Positions 25,815 through 38,860 of a stretch of DNA of 38,860 nucleotides are shown here, piece after piece. The notes below the pieces were generated by a model. The model ran no database searches. It had not been told where the DNA came from and worked only from the letters and a program-made list of their open reading frames with translations. A program made the translations under genes and the position numbers. Position 1 is the first letter of the stretch. Every line of letters starts with the position of its first letter. Source of the DNA: Myxococcota bacterium (GTDB lineage: Bacteria > Myxococcota > JACRCW01); the NCBI GenBank assembly GCA_040752415.1, contig JBFMGU010000085.1, positions 1 to 38,860 of the forward strand, in the 5' to 3' direction.

Positions 25815-28229
25815 TCACTCCGATCGCACAGGCAAAGGGGCAGCGGAGACGTTGGGGAACAAGGGCTCCACCGTGCCGATCTGCGAGCGGAATACGCGAG
25901 GATCCGAGGTGGGCAGCTCGCAGCGGCGCTCACGACACACGTAGGCGGTGGGCCTCCCGCCCTGCGCGCGTTTGCCCTCCACCAGCGGGACGACCTTTGA
26001 TTCACGTTCCATATCCTCGCCCTCGGCGACGGCGACGAGGATGCGATTCGGCACGAACGTCTGATGCAGCGCGGACTCGAGCTCACCCACGGAACCCCGC
26101 GCTGGGGCCACGAGCACGATCTCCAGCGGCCGATCAAGCCGGTAGTCGAGCGCACACAACATCTTCGCTGCGCCAGCGCCGCGCCTCAGCTGAGCGGAGA
26201 AGGCGCGCAGGGCGCGGTCGGCAAGTTCGCCGTAGCGGCCATCCGCCGTGAGCTCCTCGAGACGAAGCAGATTCAGGATGGCAACCGAGTTTCCCGATGG
26301 TTCTGCCCCGTCGTAGTCCGGCTTATCCCGCGCCAACAGCGCCTCGTGTCCTTGGGGCGTCAGGTAGAACCCGCCGTTCTGCGCGTCCAGGTAGTGTTTC
26401 TCGAGCGCGTCGTGGAGGCGCACCGCTTCCTGCAGCCATCGCACGTCGTGCGTCGCTTCGTACAGGTCGAGCAAACCCTGCGCCACGAAGGCATGGTCGT
26501 CCAGAGTGCCCTCCTGGCGCGCGCGCCCCTCGCGCCACGTGCGCCGCAGGCGTCCGCCCTCACGCAGGTTGTCCAGGATGAAGGTCGCTGCCTGCGCCGC
26601 ACGTGTCGCGTAGGCCGGCTCGTTGAGGACCTGGGCACCCCTGGCGAACGCGGAGATCATCAGGCCGTTCCACGACGCGATCACCTTGTCGTCACGAAGG
26701 GGCGACGGGCGCTTGCTGCGAGCCTGGTAGAGCAGCTCCCGCGACGCGCGAAGGCTCTGCTCCAACGCCGGCGCGGACAGCTTGAGGGCAGCGGCAACTT
26801 CCGGGAGCGGCAGCGGCGTGTGGAGGATGTTGCGACCCTCGAAGTTCCCACGCTCGGACACGCCGTAGTACGCGGCCACGTGGCGCGCGCGTTCCTCACC
26901 GAGCACGCTCCGCAGCTCGGTGGGAGTCCACGTGAAGAACCAGCCCTCCTCTTCGTGGCCCCTGTTGGGGACCGGGCTGTCGGCGTCCGTCGCCGAGTAG
27001 AACCCCCCGGCGGGGTCCGACATCTCGCGCCGAACGTAATCCAGCGTTTCGCGCGCGACGGTGGCGAAGTCCGCGCGCGAGGTGAGCTGGTAGGCTTCCA
27101 GGTACGCCACCACGAGCTGGGCGTTGTCATACAGCATCTTCTCGAAGTGGGGGACCAGCCATTTCTCGTCGGTAGCGTACCTGTGGAAGCCGCCGCCGAC
27201 GTGATCGTAGATGCCGCCGCGGGCCATCTTGTCGAGCGTCTGCACAACCATGTGGAGCGCGCCAGCGTCCGACGTGCGTCGGTAGTAACGCATGAGCAGC
27301 TCCAGCGTGGAGGGCGTCGGGAACTTGGGCGCCCGACCGAAGCCGCCGTGGCGGGGGTCGAAGCTCCGTGCCAGGTTGACGGCAGCTTGGTGGATCGCCT
27401 CGGGGCCCGGAATATCCGCGGGTGGGGCCGGTTCCGTCGCGGCACGCAGGCGAGCGGTGGTCTGCGCCGCGATGGCGGTCACGCGGTCGGGTTGACTGCG
27501 GTAGAGCTCGCTGAGCTCACGGAGAACCGTCAGGAAACCCTTGCGAGCGCCGCGGTCGCCATCGCGCGCCGGAAAATAGGTCCCGGCGAAGAACGGCTCT
27601 CGCTGCGGATTGAGCACGACGGTCATGGGCCAACCACCGCGTCCCGCCAGGACGTGCACCGCGGTCATGTACAGGGCGTCGACGTCCGGTCGCTCCTCGC
27701 GGTCCACCTTGATGGCGACGTAATGCTCATTGATGAACCGCGCGATCTCCTCGTCCTCGAAGGACTCACGCTCCATCACGTGACACCAGTGGCAGGTGGA
27801 ATAGCCGACCGACAAAAGCACCGGCTTGTTATCGCGTCGCGCGCGCTCGAACGCCTCGTCGCCCCAGGGATACCAGTTGACGGGATTGTGGGCGTGCTGG
27901 AGCAGGTACGGACTGGTCTCCCGGATCAGGCGGTTCGTGTACCTGGGGGAGCCGTCGGGCAGCCGGTGATGCGTGCGAGCCCGGTAGTCAGGTCCCTTGG
28001 CCTTGAGCGCGCGCGCAAGCTCCGCCGTGAGCGCAGGATCTCCCGGGCCAGTGCCGGGCAGAGCCGGGTCGGCGGGACGGAGCATGGCTGGCGAGCCCGG
28101 TGCCGCGCTGGTGTCGCGACAAGCCCCAGCAAGGGCGGCTGCCACCACCATGAGCCCAGCCCGGACCACCAGCGATTGCAGGTCAATTCGAAACCCGTGC
28201 ATGAATGCCGTCGGTCGCGGGAACGCCAT
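25815..28229 (-). CDS. thioredoxin domain-containing protein, YyaL/DUF255 (SPATA20-like)
   Basis: [51 protein letters not shown] and DGAEPSGN; start uncertain; lipobox-like ALAGAC near the N-terminus. Confidence 0.92.
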   Translation of the reverse strand: MAFPRPTAFMHGFRIDLQSLVVRAGLMVVAAALAGACRDTSAAPGSPAMLRPADPALPGTGPGDPALTAELARALKAKGPDYRARTHHRLPDGSPRYTNRLIRETSPYLLQHAHNPVNWYPWGDEAFERARRDNKPVLLSVGYSTCHWCHVMERESFEDEEIARFINEHYVAIKVDREERPDVDALYMTAVHVLAGRGGWPMTVVLNPQREPFFAGTYFPARDGDRGARKGFLTVLRELSELYRSQPDRVTAIAAQTTARLRAATEPAPPADIPGPEAIHQAAVNLARSFDPRHGGFGRAPKFPTPSTLELLMRYYRRTSDAGALHMVVQTLDKMARGGIYDHVGGGFHRYATDEKWLVPHFEKMLYDNAQLVVAYLEAYQLTSRADFATVARETLDYVRREMSDPAGGFYSATDADSPVPNRGHEEEGWFFTWTPTELRSVLGEERARHVAAYYGVSERGNFEGRNILHTPLPLPEVAAALKLSAPALEQSLRASRELLYQARSKRPSPLRDDKVIASWNGLMISAFARGAQVLNEPAYATRAAQAATFILDNLREGGRLRRTWREGRARQEGTLDDHAFVAQGLLDLYEATHDVRWLQEAVRLHDALEKHYLDAQNGGFYLTPQGHEALLARDKPDYDGAEPSGNSVAILNLLRLEELTADGRYGELADRALRAFSAQLRRGAGAAKMLCALDYRLDRPLEIVLVAPARGSVGELESALHQTFVPNRILVAVAEGEDMERESKVVPLVEGKRAQGGRPTAYVCRERRCELPTSDPRVFRSQIGTVEPLFPNVSAAPLPVRSE

Positions 28230-28406
28230 GAAGCCTCTCACTCCTTCGTGGAACCACCGGCGGGGCAATGCGGACGGCCATGATGAATGGCCCATCACGG
28301 CCAGGGCAATCGCCCGACGATCACCTCCCGTGTCCGGGCGTCCGCTGCCATCCTGAAGCCGGGAGAAGCCTCAGGCCAACCCACGGCCGACGAGCCGCGT
28401 GCGGGG

Positions 28407-28660
28407 TCATCTGCCGGTCAATGACCAGTCGTAGTCCAGGAACGTGATGGCCGGCTGCGAGCGGCGCAGGGCCTCGGCCACGAACGAGTCCGCGTACTTC
28501 GCAAACAAAGGCGACCAGAGAACCTGCTCCACGCTCGAAGTCCTCCCGAAACCACTTGAAGTTGGAGGAAGGGTACAGCGTCCGCGTCGACGCATCGAAA
28601 CGGTTCTGGATGCTTGGGCTGTGCGGTCCGAGCACCCTCCTCGCAAGCCTGGTCTACGAC
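28407..28660 (-). pseudogene. frameshifted C-terminal remnant of a DUF547-family gene
   Basis: NRFDASTRTLYPSSNFKWFREDFE in one frame continues as AKYADS...ITFLDYDWSL in another (shift near 28502-28508); N-terminal core absent. Confidence 0.7.
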
Positions 28661-28725
28661 ATCCTGATAATCACCGCGCTTCGACGAGGACGCCCCCAGC
28701 AGCTTGCTCACCCCGCCGTGTGCAC

Positions 28726-28751
28726 GGTCTCGCGCGGGCCGCGGCGTTACA
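28726..28751 (-). promoter_or_regulatory. candidate ECF sigma promoter TGTAAC-N15-AGACC
   Basis: Shared motif upstream of the DUF547 remnant and the yyaL-like gene; spacer one nt shorter than the other copies. Confidence 0.5.
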
Positions 28752-28920
28752 TCGGCGGTTTGGCGGCGAGGATGAACCTCGCTCAAGCGCGGGCTCGGGG
28801 GGGCGCTGAGCGGTAGCTTGAGCCGTCCCATCCTCCGCAGCCGTTGTTCCGTCCGGCCCGGACCCTGGTAGTGTTCGCGCCGCGCAGACGGTCGACCGCT
28901 CGACGCATGATTGGGGACGA

Positions 28921-29613
28921 ATGCCCAAGGACGCCAGAAAAGGGGAGCCCCAAGCGGTCTCGGCTCCGCGGACGTTGGGGCAGGGTACAACTCCGGAGGG
29001 GCCCACCGACGAGGAATTGGCCGCCCGTGTGCTCCTTGGCGATGAGGATGCGTTCACCCAGCTCGTCGACCGCCACTCCCGTCAGATGTTGTGGCTCGCC
29101 CGCACAATCGTGAGGGAACCCGCGCTGGCCGAGGAGGTGCTGCAGGAGACCTGGCTCGCCGTGTTTCAGGGGCTGAAGGACTTCGAGCATCGGTCTCGTC
29201 TGAAGACCTGGCTTTTCCGCATTGTCACGAACCGGGCGCGGACCCGCGCGCAACGTGAGGCGCGTTCGACACCGATGAGCAGTCTGAGTCCGGAAGGAGA
29301 ACCGTCACGGGATCCCCTTGCGGATCACTTTACGCCTCGTGGCGGCTGGGCGGTGCCTCCGACGCCCTGGGACGGGTCCGACAGCCCCGAGGCCATTCTC
29401 GAGCGGAAGGAGGGCGTTGCCATCATCGCGACGGCGATTGCGGCGTTGCCGCCCATGCAGGCCGCCGTCGTCAGTCTCCGGGACAAGGAGGGGTGGACCG
29501 CGGAGGAGGTGTGTGAGGCGCTCGAGATTTCTGAAGGCAACCAGCGCGTCCTGCTGCACCGCGCGCGCACAGCCATCCGAGCCGCGCTGGATGCTGCTTT
29601 CTCCCGGAGATGA
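28921..29613 (+). CDS. ECF-family RNA polymerase sigma factor
   Basis: AEEVLQETWLAV, FEHRSRLKTWLFRIVTN (region 2) and EEVCEALEISEGNQRVLLHRAR (region 4). Confidence 0.93.
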   Translation: MPKDARKGEPQAVSAPRTLGQGTTPEGPTDEELAARVLLGDEDAFTQLVDRHSRQMLWLARTIVREPALAEEVLQETWLAVFQGLKDFEHRSRLKTWLFRIVTNRARTRAQREARSTPMSSLSPEGEPSRDPLADHFTPRGGWAVPPTPWDGSDSPEAILERKEGVAIIATAIAALPPMQAAVVSLRDKEGWTAEEVCEALEISEGNQRVLLHRARTAIRAALDAAFSRR

Positions 29614-29620
29614 GTCGGCC

Positions 29621-29857
29621 ATGATGACATGCAAAGAGCTCGTGGCGTTGATGACGGACTATCTCGAGGGGAAGCTCTCCGCGGCCGACCGTTCCCGGTT
29701 CGAAGCACACGTTGATGGATGTCGTGCGTGTGTCACCTATCTGAACCAGCTGAAGCACACGATCACGACATTAGGCCGCGTTCCCGACGAGCCGATACCC
29801 TCTCCGGTGCGGGACGAGCTGTTGCAGCGCTTCCGCGATTGGAAGAAGCGCGCGTGA
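29621..29857 (+). CDS. zf-HC2 zinc-binding anti-sigma factor (cognate copy)
   Basis: MTCKELV...DYLEG...HVDGCRAC; starts 8 nt after the sigma stop. Confidence 0.9.
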   Translation: MMTCKELVALMTDYLEGKLSAADRSRFEAHVDGCRACVTYLNQLKHTITTLGRVPDEPIPSPVRDELLQRFRDWKKRA

Positions 29858-29964
29858 GGGGGAGCGCGGACGCGCCCGTGCCAGGGTTTGAGCTCGCTGT
29901 GGCGCGTCGCGCGTAGCCGGCCGGTTCCATATATCCATGCGTTCCTCGACGTGAGGTCCAAGAC

Positions 29965-30912
29965 ATGATGCGGAGGCGACCGTCCGACGCAGCGCGACAC
30001 CTCGTCGAGGCGTGGCGAGCTCGAGGTCGGCCGCTGGTCGTTCCCGGCGCGTCGACCCGCGTGTGGCAGCAGGGCGAGGGGGAGCCCGTTGTCTGCTTGC
30101 ACGGCATGCCCGCGTCGTCGTTCACGTATCGCAATGTCCTTGCGGGTCTGGCTGCGCGGGGATTGCGGGGCGTGGCGTTTGACATGCCAGGGCTTGGGCT
30201 CGCCGAGCGTCCCGAGGGATTCGACTACCGCTGGTCATCCCAGGCTCTCTGGACCCTGGCCGCCGTGGATGCGCTGGGGCTCCGGCGGTTTCACCTTGTG
30301 GTGCACGACAGCGGGGGGCCGATTGGATTCGAGCTGGCGCGCCTGGCACCCGAGCGGATCGCTTCCCTGACTGCGCTGAACACGCTGGTGAATTGCGCCA
30401 CGGCCAGGCGCCCACCGGAGATGGAGCCGTATGCGCATCGCGTCGTGGGGAGGCTGTGGCTGGCTCTGACCAACCCGCTGACCTTTGAGCTGGGAATGCG
30501 CCGGATCGGTGTGACGCATGCAGTTCCGCGGGAAGTCATCCTGGCCTATCTGCTGCTCCTGCGCGGCAATGACCGCGGGCTGGGGATGTTGCGAGCTATC
30601 CGGGGTTTCGAGCTGACCGCCGAATTCGAGCGACGCATCCGCGGTCACCTCGCCCGGCGTCCCTACCCAGCCCAGGTACTTTGGGGCCGTTGGGATCCCG
30701 GTCTCAAACTGGCGACGACGGGTGAAGATGTTCGTGCGGCGCTGGGCGTGTCGGCCGTCTGCCGTCTGAACGGAAAGCACTTCGTCCAGGAAGAGTCGGC
30801 AGGAGAGATCGCGAGGCTGGTGGCGCTCCTTGCGGGGGGCCAGCCCGGAGAAAGCCGTCACGAATCCGCCCGTCAGGGCTCCCGCTCGGAGACAATGCCG
30901 CCGTGGAAGTGA
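29965..30912 (+). CDS. alpha/beta hydrolase (haloalkane dehalogenase/epoxide hydrolase-like)
   Basis: LHGMP, DMPGLGLA, VHDSGG (Asp nucleophile) and KHFVQEE. Confidence 0.85.
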   Translation: MMRRRPSDAARHLVEAWRARGRPLVVPGASTRVWQQGEGEPVVCLHGMPASSFTYRNVLAGLAARGLRGVAFDMPGLGLAERPEGFDYRWSSQALWTLAAVDALGLRRFHLVVHDSGGPIGFELARLAPERIASLTALNTLVNCATARRPPEMEPYAHRVVGRLWLALTNPLTFELGMRRIGVTHAVPREVILAYLLLLRGNDRGLGMLRAIRGFELTAEFERRIRGHLARRPYPAQVLWGRWDPGLKLATTGEDVRAALGVSAVCRLNGKHFVQEESAGEIARLVALLAGGQPGESRHESARQGSRSETMPPWK

Positions 30913-31202
30913 TGCTTGACGATCCTGCTTTCGGGTGCCGTTGGCGCGCATCGACGTGGGAGCGCGCTTGCCGAAGCACAGGCTTATGCCTGGCTTATGC
31001 CGCCGCCGAACACAGGGCCCCCGAGTTGGACTCAAGCATGCTCACCGGAAGGACACGGTTGTTCTGGAAGAACGACACCCCAGGTGAGCGTCAGGCCTAC
31101 ATTGGACATCGCAACGCCCAGGGCATCGCGAAAGTCAGGTGGGGCGCCGAGCGGTTCCACCGCCCAAAGCGGTACGGTGGCACGTGCACGCGGTTGGGGA
31201 GA

Positions 31203-31664
31203 TCAAGGTCGCTCACCGGCGTCGTAGCCCACCGTACGCGCGTCCCCTTGTGCGCCGCCATCAGATGTCGCCTGCAGTGGTTCGAGCAGGGCCGTCCGTG
31301 TTCCGCCCTTTATTTCGCATTCATTGAGACGGCGAACGTTGACGTCCTCGATGAACTGCGTCGCGAAGCCCTCATGATCAACGCTGATAGTGTAGGTGCC
31401 GGGGCGATCGACGATGCCCCAATAATGGTGACAGCTACCGCGAAAGTCGCCGTCGGCGTCCGTGCCCTCATTGCGGAGTACTTCGGAATAATCGCCATCC
31501 ACGGCGGTCACGGACGCCTCGCACAGGCCGGAATTGTCAACCGCAGAGCGCACCACGATTAGGACATCGGGGCTGCCGTCGTCGGGATCACAGGGCGCCG
31601 TCGTGCACCCGTGCAGCACCATGCAAAGCAGTGGGCACACCAGGTTGAGGGGAGTTAGTGTCAT
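31203..31664 (-). CDS. hypothetical lipoprotein with a carboxypeptidase-regulatory-like beta domain
   Basis: LHGC lipobox; LCEASVTAVDG and DRPGTYTISVDHEGF pattern. Confidence 0.6.
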   Translation of the reverse strand: MTLTPLNLVCPLLCMVLHGCTTAPCDPDDGSPDVLIVVRSAVDNSGLCEASVTAVDGDYSEVLRNEGTDADGDFRGSCHHYWGIVDRPGTYTISVDHEGFATQFIEDVNVRRLNECEIKGGTRTALLEPLQATSDGGAQGDARTVGYDAGERP

Positions 31665-31820
31665 TTCATGTTTCGTGAACGAATCGTTAGCGGCATTGTC
31701 TACGCCGGTTAACCCTTCCGCTGCCGGCCTGGCACCGTGGAGGAGCCGCGGTTGAAGACCAGACTCTTGAATAAACCAGAATGGAGTGCGCGCGAGGGGA
31801 GGGCGCCGCACGTCGTCACA

Positions 31821-33581
<1,761 letters not shown>

Positions 33582-33591
33582 GGTTCTCTCC

Positions 33592-35685
<2,094 letters not shown>

Positions 35686-35815
35686 GGCGTCTGGGGCCTG
35701 ACGTGATCAACAGGGAAGCCAAAAGAGGCGGCTCCCCTAGCACAGCAGGCCCGCAACTCCTACAGCCCTTGGGCCACCCGTTGGCGGAACCGGCCCGGCC
35801 AGCTATGACGAGGCC

Positions 35816-36199
35816 ATGGAGAGGCTCAAGACCTTCGAGGAATTCTGGCCGTACTACGTGGGCGAGCACCGCAAGCCGGCGTGCCGCGCCCTGCACTACG
35901 TGGGCACCACCGGGGCGCTGCTGAACCTGGTGGGCCTGGCCCTGACCGCCAACCCGTGGCTGTTCCTCAGCGCGCTGGTGTGCGGCTACGGGCCGGCGTG
36001 GGTGGGGCACTTCTTCGTCGAGAAGAACCGTCCCGCCACGTTCACCTATCCGCGCTGGAGCCTGATGGCCGACTTCAAGATGTACGGCCTGGCGCTCACC
36101 GGCCGGATGGCCGCCGAGGTGGCACGCTGGGAGAAGCAGGGCTTCCGTCTCAAGCCCAGCCCCGCGCCCACCGCGGACCCGGTGGCGCAGGCAGGCTGA
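35816..36199 (+). CDS. DUF962 (Mpo1-like) membrane protein
   Basis: FEEFWPYYVGEH, RALHYVGT and AWVGHFFVEKNRPATF. Confidence 0.88.
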   Translation: MERLKTFEEFWPYYVGEHRKPACRALHYVGTTGALLNLVGLALTANPWLFLSALVCGYGPAWVGHFFVEKNRPATFTYPRWSLMADFKMYGLALTGRMAAEVARWEKQGFRLKPSPAPTADPVAQAG

Positions 36200-36220
36200 A
36201 GACGGACGGCCGGGGAGCCG

Positions 36221-36646
36221 TCACTGGCTGCAGGCGTTGGAGGAGTTCTGCGGTCCCGGGGAAGCCTCGGAGATCTCCCACTTGTCCTGGTTGGTCCCCT
36301 TGGTGCTGCTCACCGCGTTCACGGTGTCCGCGGCGGTATACGTGAACGTGGACGTGGTGATGCCCGTGTCGCCGTAGCCGTAGTACTTGGACCCGGTGAT
36401 GAGCTTGGCGTCCATGCCGCCGTAGCTCGTGAGCGCCTGCAGCGTCAGGTACGTGCCGAACTCGCCGCTGTAGGTCAGCTGCGACGTGTAGATGCCCTTC
36501 AGCGCCCCCTTGGCCTCGGTCTGCTTGGTCCGGCACTGGAAGCGTACGAAGTTGGGCACGGCAATCGCCGCCAGGATGCCAATGATCGCGACGACGATCA
36601 TCAGCTCGACCAACGTGAAGCCACGGGAGAGACGCAGCCGCTGCAT
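36221..36646 (-). CDS. type IV pilin (prepilin-type cleavage/methylation protein), PilA-like
   Basis: G|FTLVELMIVVAIIGILAAIAVPNF class III signal, followed by KQTEAK as in myxobacterial/Geobacter pilins. Confidence 0.9.
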   Translation of the reverse strand: MQRLRLSRGFTLVELMIVVAIIGILAAIAVPNFVRFQCRTKQTEAKGALKGIYTSQLTYSGEFGTYLTLQALTSYGGMDAKLITGSKYYGYGDTGITTSTFTYTAADTVNAVSSTKGTNQDKWEISEASPGPQNSSNACSQ

Positions 36647-36716
36647 GTTTTTCCCCACTCCATTCCGACGGTGAGGGGGCAGCATATCCTGCGTGGTTCC
36701 CCAGATCACGCTCTCG

Positions 36717-37160
36717 TCAACGGTCGTGTCCGTCGGGGGGGTGGCCGGTGCCCGCCAGGTGTTGGGCCAGCTCCATCAGCACGCCGCCGGTGGCCTTGGG
36801 ATGGACGAAGCCCACGGAGGTCTGGTGGGCGCCGGGCTTGGGGGTCTCGTCGATGAGGCGCACGCCCTTGGACTTGAGGGCGCCCAGGGCCGCGGCGCAG
36901 TCCTCCGTCTCGAAGCAGATGTGGTGCAGGCCCGGACCGCGGGTCTCCAGGAACTTGCTGACCTCGCTGCCTTCGCGCGTGGGGGCAATGAGCTCGATCC
37001 GCACCTCCCCCAGCGGCAGGAAGGCCACCTTGATCCCGCGCTCCGGCAGCTCCTCCACGCCGGTGCACGCAATGCCCAGCGCCTGCTCCCAGAAGGCCCG
37101 GGCCTCCTCCAGGTCCTTCACCGCAATCCCCAGGTGGTCCAGCTTCTTCACCGTGGCCAT
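36717..37160 (-). CDS. mce: methylmalonyl-CoA epimerase
   Basis: LDHLGIAV, IELIAP, GPGLHHICF and FVHPKATGGVLMEL. Confidence 0.92.
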   Translation of the reverse strand: MATVKKLDHLGIAVKDLEEARAFWEQALGIACTGVEELPERGIKVAFLPLGEVRIELIAPTREGSEVSKFLETRGPGLHHICFETEDCAAALGALKSKGVRLIDETPKPGAHQTSVGFVHPKATGGVLMELAQHLAGTGHPPDGHDR

Positions 37161-37224
37161 GCCGCCTCCTCGTCCGCAGGGTGCGGAGACATGGCGCGCG
37201 TGGCGCTTGGGCGCAAGGGCAGGG

Positions 37225-38046
37225 TCACGAGGAGAGGAAGGCGTGCACCGCCTGGAAGAACGGCTCTGGCGCCTCGATGTTCACGCTGTGGCCCGCGCCG
37301 GGGATGATGCGCACCTGCGCGCCGGGGACCAGGGTGGCCAGGTGGTGGAGGTGCTCCGGCGGCGCAAAGCGATCCTCGGCGCCACCGAGCAGCAACGTGG
37401 GACGGGTGATGCGCGGCAGCTCGTCCTCGGTCCCGGGGTCGCGCAGCAGGCCTTCCAGCATGGCGCGGGAGCCCTCGGGCTGGTTGCGCCTGACGGCGGC
37501 CTTCACCATCAGCGGGATCTCGGTGCGGTGCGCTTCCAGGTAACCGTCGGAGAGGAACCAGGGCAGGCTCTGACGGGCCAGCGCTTCCGGGCCCAACCCC
37601 ACCAGCACATCCCGCCACCCCTCCACCACGAGCTTCCTCGAGACGCTGAGCCCGCCGCTGGCCCCCACCAGCACCAGGCGCTCCACGCGCTCCGGGAAGC
37701 GCAGCACGTGCGCAATGGCCACGCGGGAACCGTGACTGAACCCCACCACGTGGCAACGTGACCAGCCCAGCGCATCCATGACGGCGTTGAGGTCGCGGGC
37801 GTGATGCTCCCGGGTCAGACCTTCCGGCGCGGGGACACCACCCTGGCCGCGTCCGTCGTAGGCCGCCGCGCGGTAGCCCGCCTGCGCGAACATGCGCAGC
37901 GCCGTGCGCCAGTGCGCCGTGGTCTGCGTCAGCCCGTTGATGAACAGCACCGGCACGCCCTGGCCGCGCGCCTCCAGGGGCAGGCTCACGCCGTCAAACG
38001 TGACCGCGCGGAGCGTCTCCACGCCGTCGGCTGTGGGGGTGCCCAT
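37225..38046 (-). CDS. alpha/beta hydrolase (3-oxoadipate enol-lactonase-like)
   Basis: YDGRGQG, VGFSHGS nucleophile elbow, GAEDR and GAGH. Confidence 0.87.
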   Translation of the reverse strand: MGTPTADGVETLRAVTFDGVSLPLEARGQGVPVLFINGLTQTTAHWRTALRMFAQAGYRAAAYDGRGQGGVPAPEGLTREHHARDLNAVMDALGWSRCHVVGFSHGSRVAIAHVLRFPERVERLVLVGASGGLSVSRKLVVEGWRDVLVGLGPEALARQSLPWFLSDGYLEAHRTEIPLMVKAAVRRNQPEGSRAMLEGLLRDPGTEDELPRITRPTLLLGGAEDRFAPPEHLHHLATLVPGAQVRIIPGAGHSVNIEAPEPFFQAVHAFLSS

Positions 38047-38050
38047 GGGA

Positions 38051-38860
38051 TCAGTTGGTGGCGGCGTCGGGCGTGGTGGCGTCGGGCGTGGCGGCGTCAG
38101 GCGGTGCGCCGGCGTCGGGGTATGGGATGGGGATGCAGGCCTTGACCTCCGGGATGAAGGCCTCCGGCGCGGGCAGGCACCGCGTCCCCGGCGGGCACGT
38201 GGTGACGACGCTGCCGGACCCGGTGGGGTACTGGCACAGCAACCAGCAGATGGGCTCGAACTCGGTGGGGTTGTTGTACGCGCAGTAGGGCAGGGGACCC
38301 TGGAGCGCGGGAGGGATGCCCTCCGCGGGCGCGCAGTATTCCGACGAGTAGAAGGGGTAGGTGGACGGTGAGGGGCAGCTCTCGCCAATGCCCAGCGGGA
38401 CACCGCACACGCCAATCTCGTCGCTGCCAAGCACGCCGCCAATGCACTCCTCCTCGACGGGGCACTCGCACGCGGGGCCGGGACAGTTGGCAAAGGTGCA
38501 CAGCAGCTTGCACGCGCAGATGGTGGGCGCCTGCGTGTTGTCCACCAGCGCCTGGCCGCCGCCCTCACACACCGCCAACGGGTCCACCTGGCCCGCGGAG
38601 TCCAGGCAGTCTCCGTCGCGCGGGTTGGTGCGGAAGCACAGGTTGACCTCGGTGTTCACCTGGTAGCAGTCGCGGCCCGCGCCGCAGTTGGTGGGCCCCG
38701 CGTCGGGGTCCAGGGAGCAGGTGCGGAAGCAGCGCGGGCCGGTGGGCTCGTCGAGCTGGAGGCAGTACAGGCCGGGCAGGCAGTCGTCGTCGAAGGGGTC
38801 GCAGCGGCCCTCCTCACCCACCGTGCCCCCGTCGCGACGACGCCCCGCGTCGGCGGCGCC
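38051..38860 (-). CDS. C-terminal part of a Cys-rich extracellular myxobacterial-type protein (5' truncated by window)
   Basis: Many regularly spaced Cys; frame open to the window edge; ends in PDAAT/PDATT 15-bp tandem repeats. Confidence 0.7.
   Translation of the reverse strand, partial: GAADAGRRRDGGTVGEEGRCDPFDDDCLPGLYCLQLDEPTGPRCFRTCSLDPDAGPTNCGAGRDCYQVNTEVNLCFRTNPRDGDCLDSAGQVDPLAVCEGGGQALVDNTQAPTICACKLLCTFANCPGPACECPVEEECIGGVLGSDEIGVCGVPLGIGESCPSPSTYPFYSSEYCAPAEGIPPALQGPLPYCAYNNPTEFEPICWLLCQYPTGSGSVVTTCPPGTRCLPAPEAFIPEVKACIPIPYPDAGAPPDAATPDATTPDAATN

Noticed and set aside
38057..38120. 15-bp tandem repeat
   Set aside because: Encodes a low-complexity PDA(A/T)T linker common in myxobacterial secreted proteins.

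Overview
High-GC bacterial window, probably Myxococcota, judging by the Myxococcus-type pilin and Cys-rich lipoproteins. Housekeeping genes flank a ~28 kb accessory block (~3.6-31.8 kb). The left flank has a FadN-like C-terminus, a thiolase and a GST; the right flank has nuoL/nuoM, DUF962, a pilin, mce and a hydrolase. The main result is a probable selenium-centred locus that the ORF track splits. An operon of an OprO/P-like porin plus a PhnCDE-like ABC transporter (putative selenate clade) is transcribed divergently from two candidate selenoproteins. The first is a transglutaminase-methyltransferase-methyltransferase fusion read through TGA 17726-17728 (DDWFR-U-IGGAL, the ArsM Cys position). 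The second is a radical SAM enzyme ending F-R-U-G-stop. Each TGA is followed by a SECIS-like hairpin. Other observations: a YGTAAC-N15/16-RGWC ECF-type promoter motif upstream of five redox/metal-stress loci; a secreted EK(S/G)CGG-repeat peptide resembling MNIO/HvfA-type RiPP precursors; a duplicated diheme-cytochrome plus Cys/His-lipoprotein module; two adjacent inverted-repeat elements; a histone-H1-like tail on the thiolase; and a DUF547 remnant. All family calls come from motif recognition by eye, not database searches.
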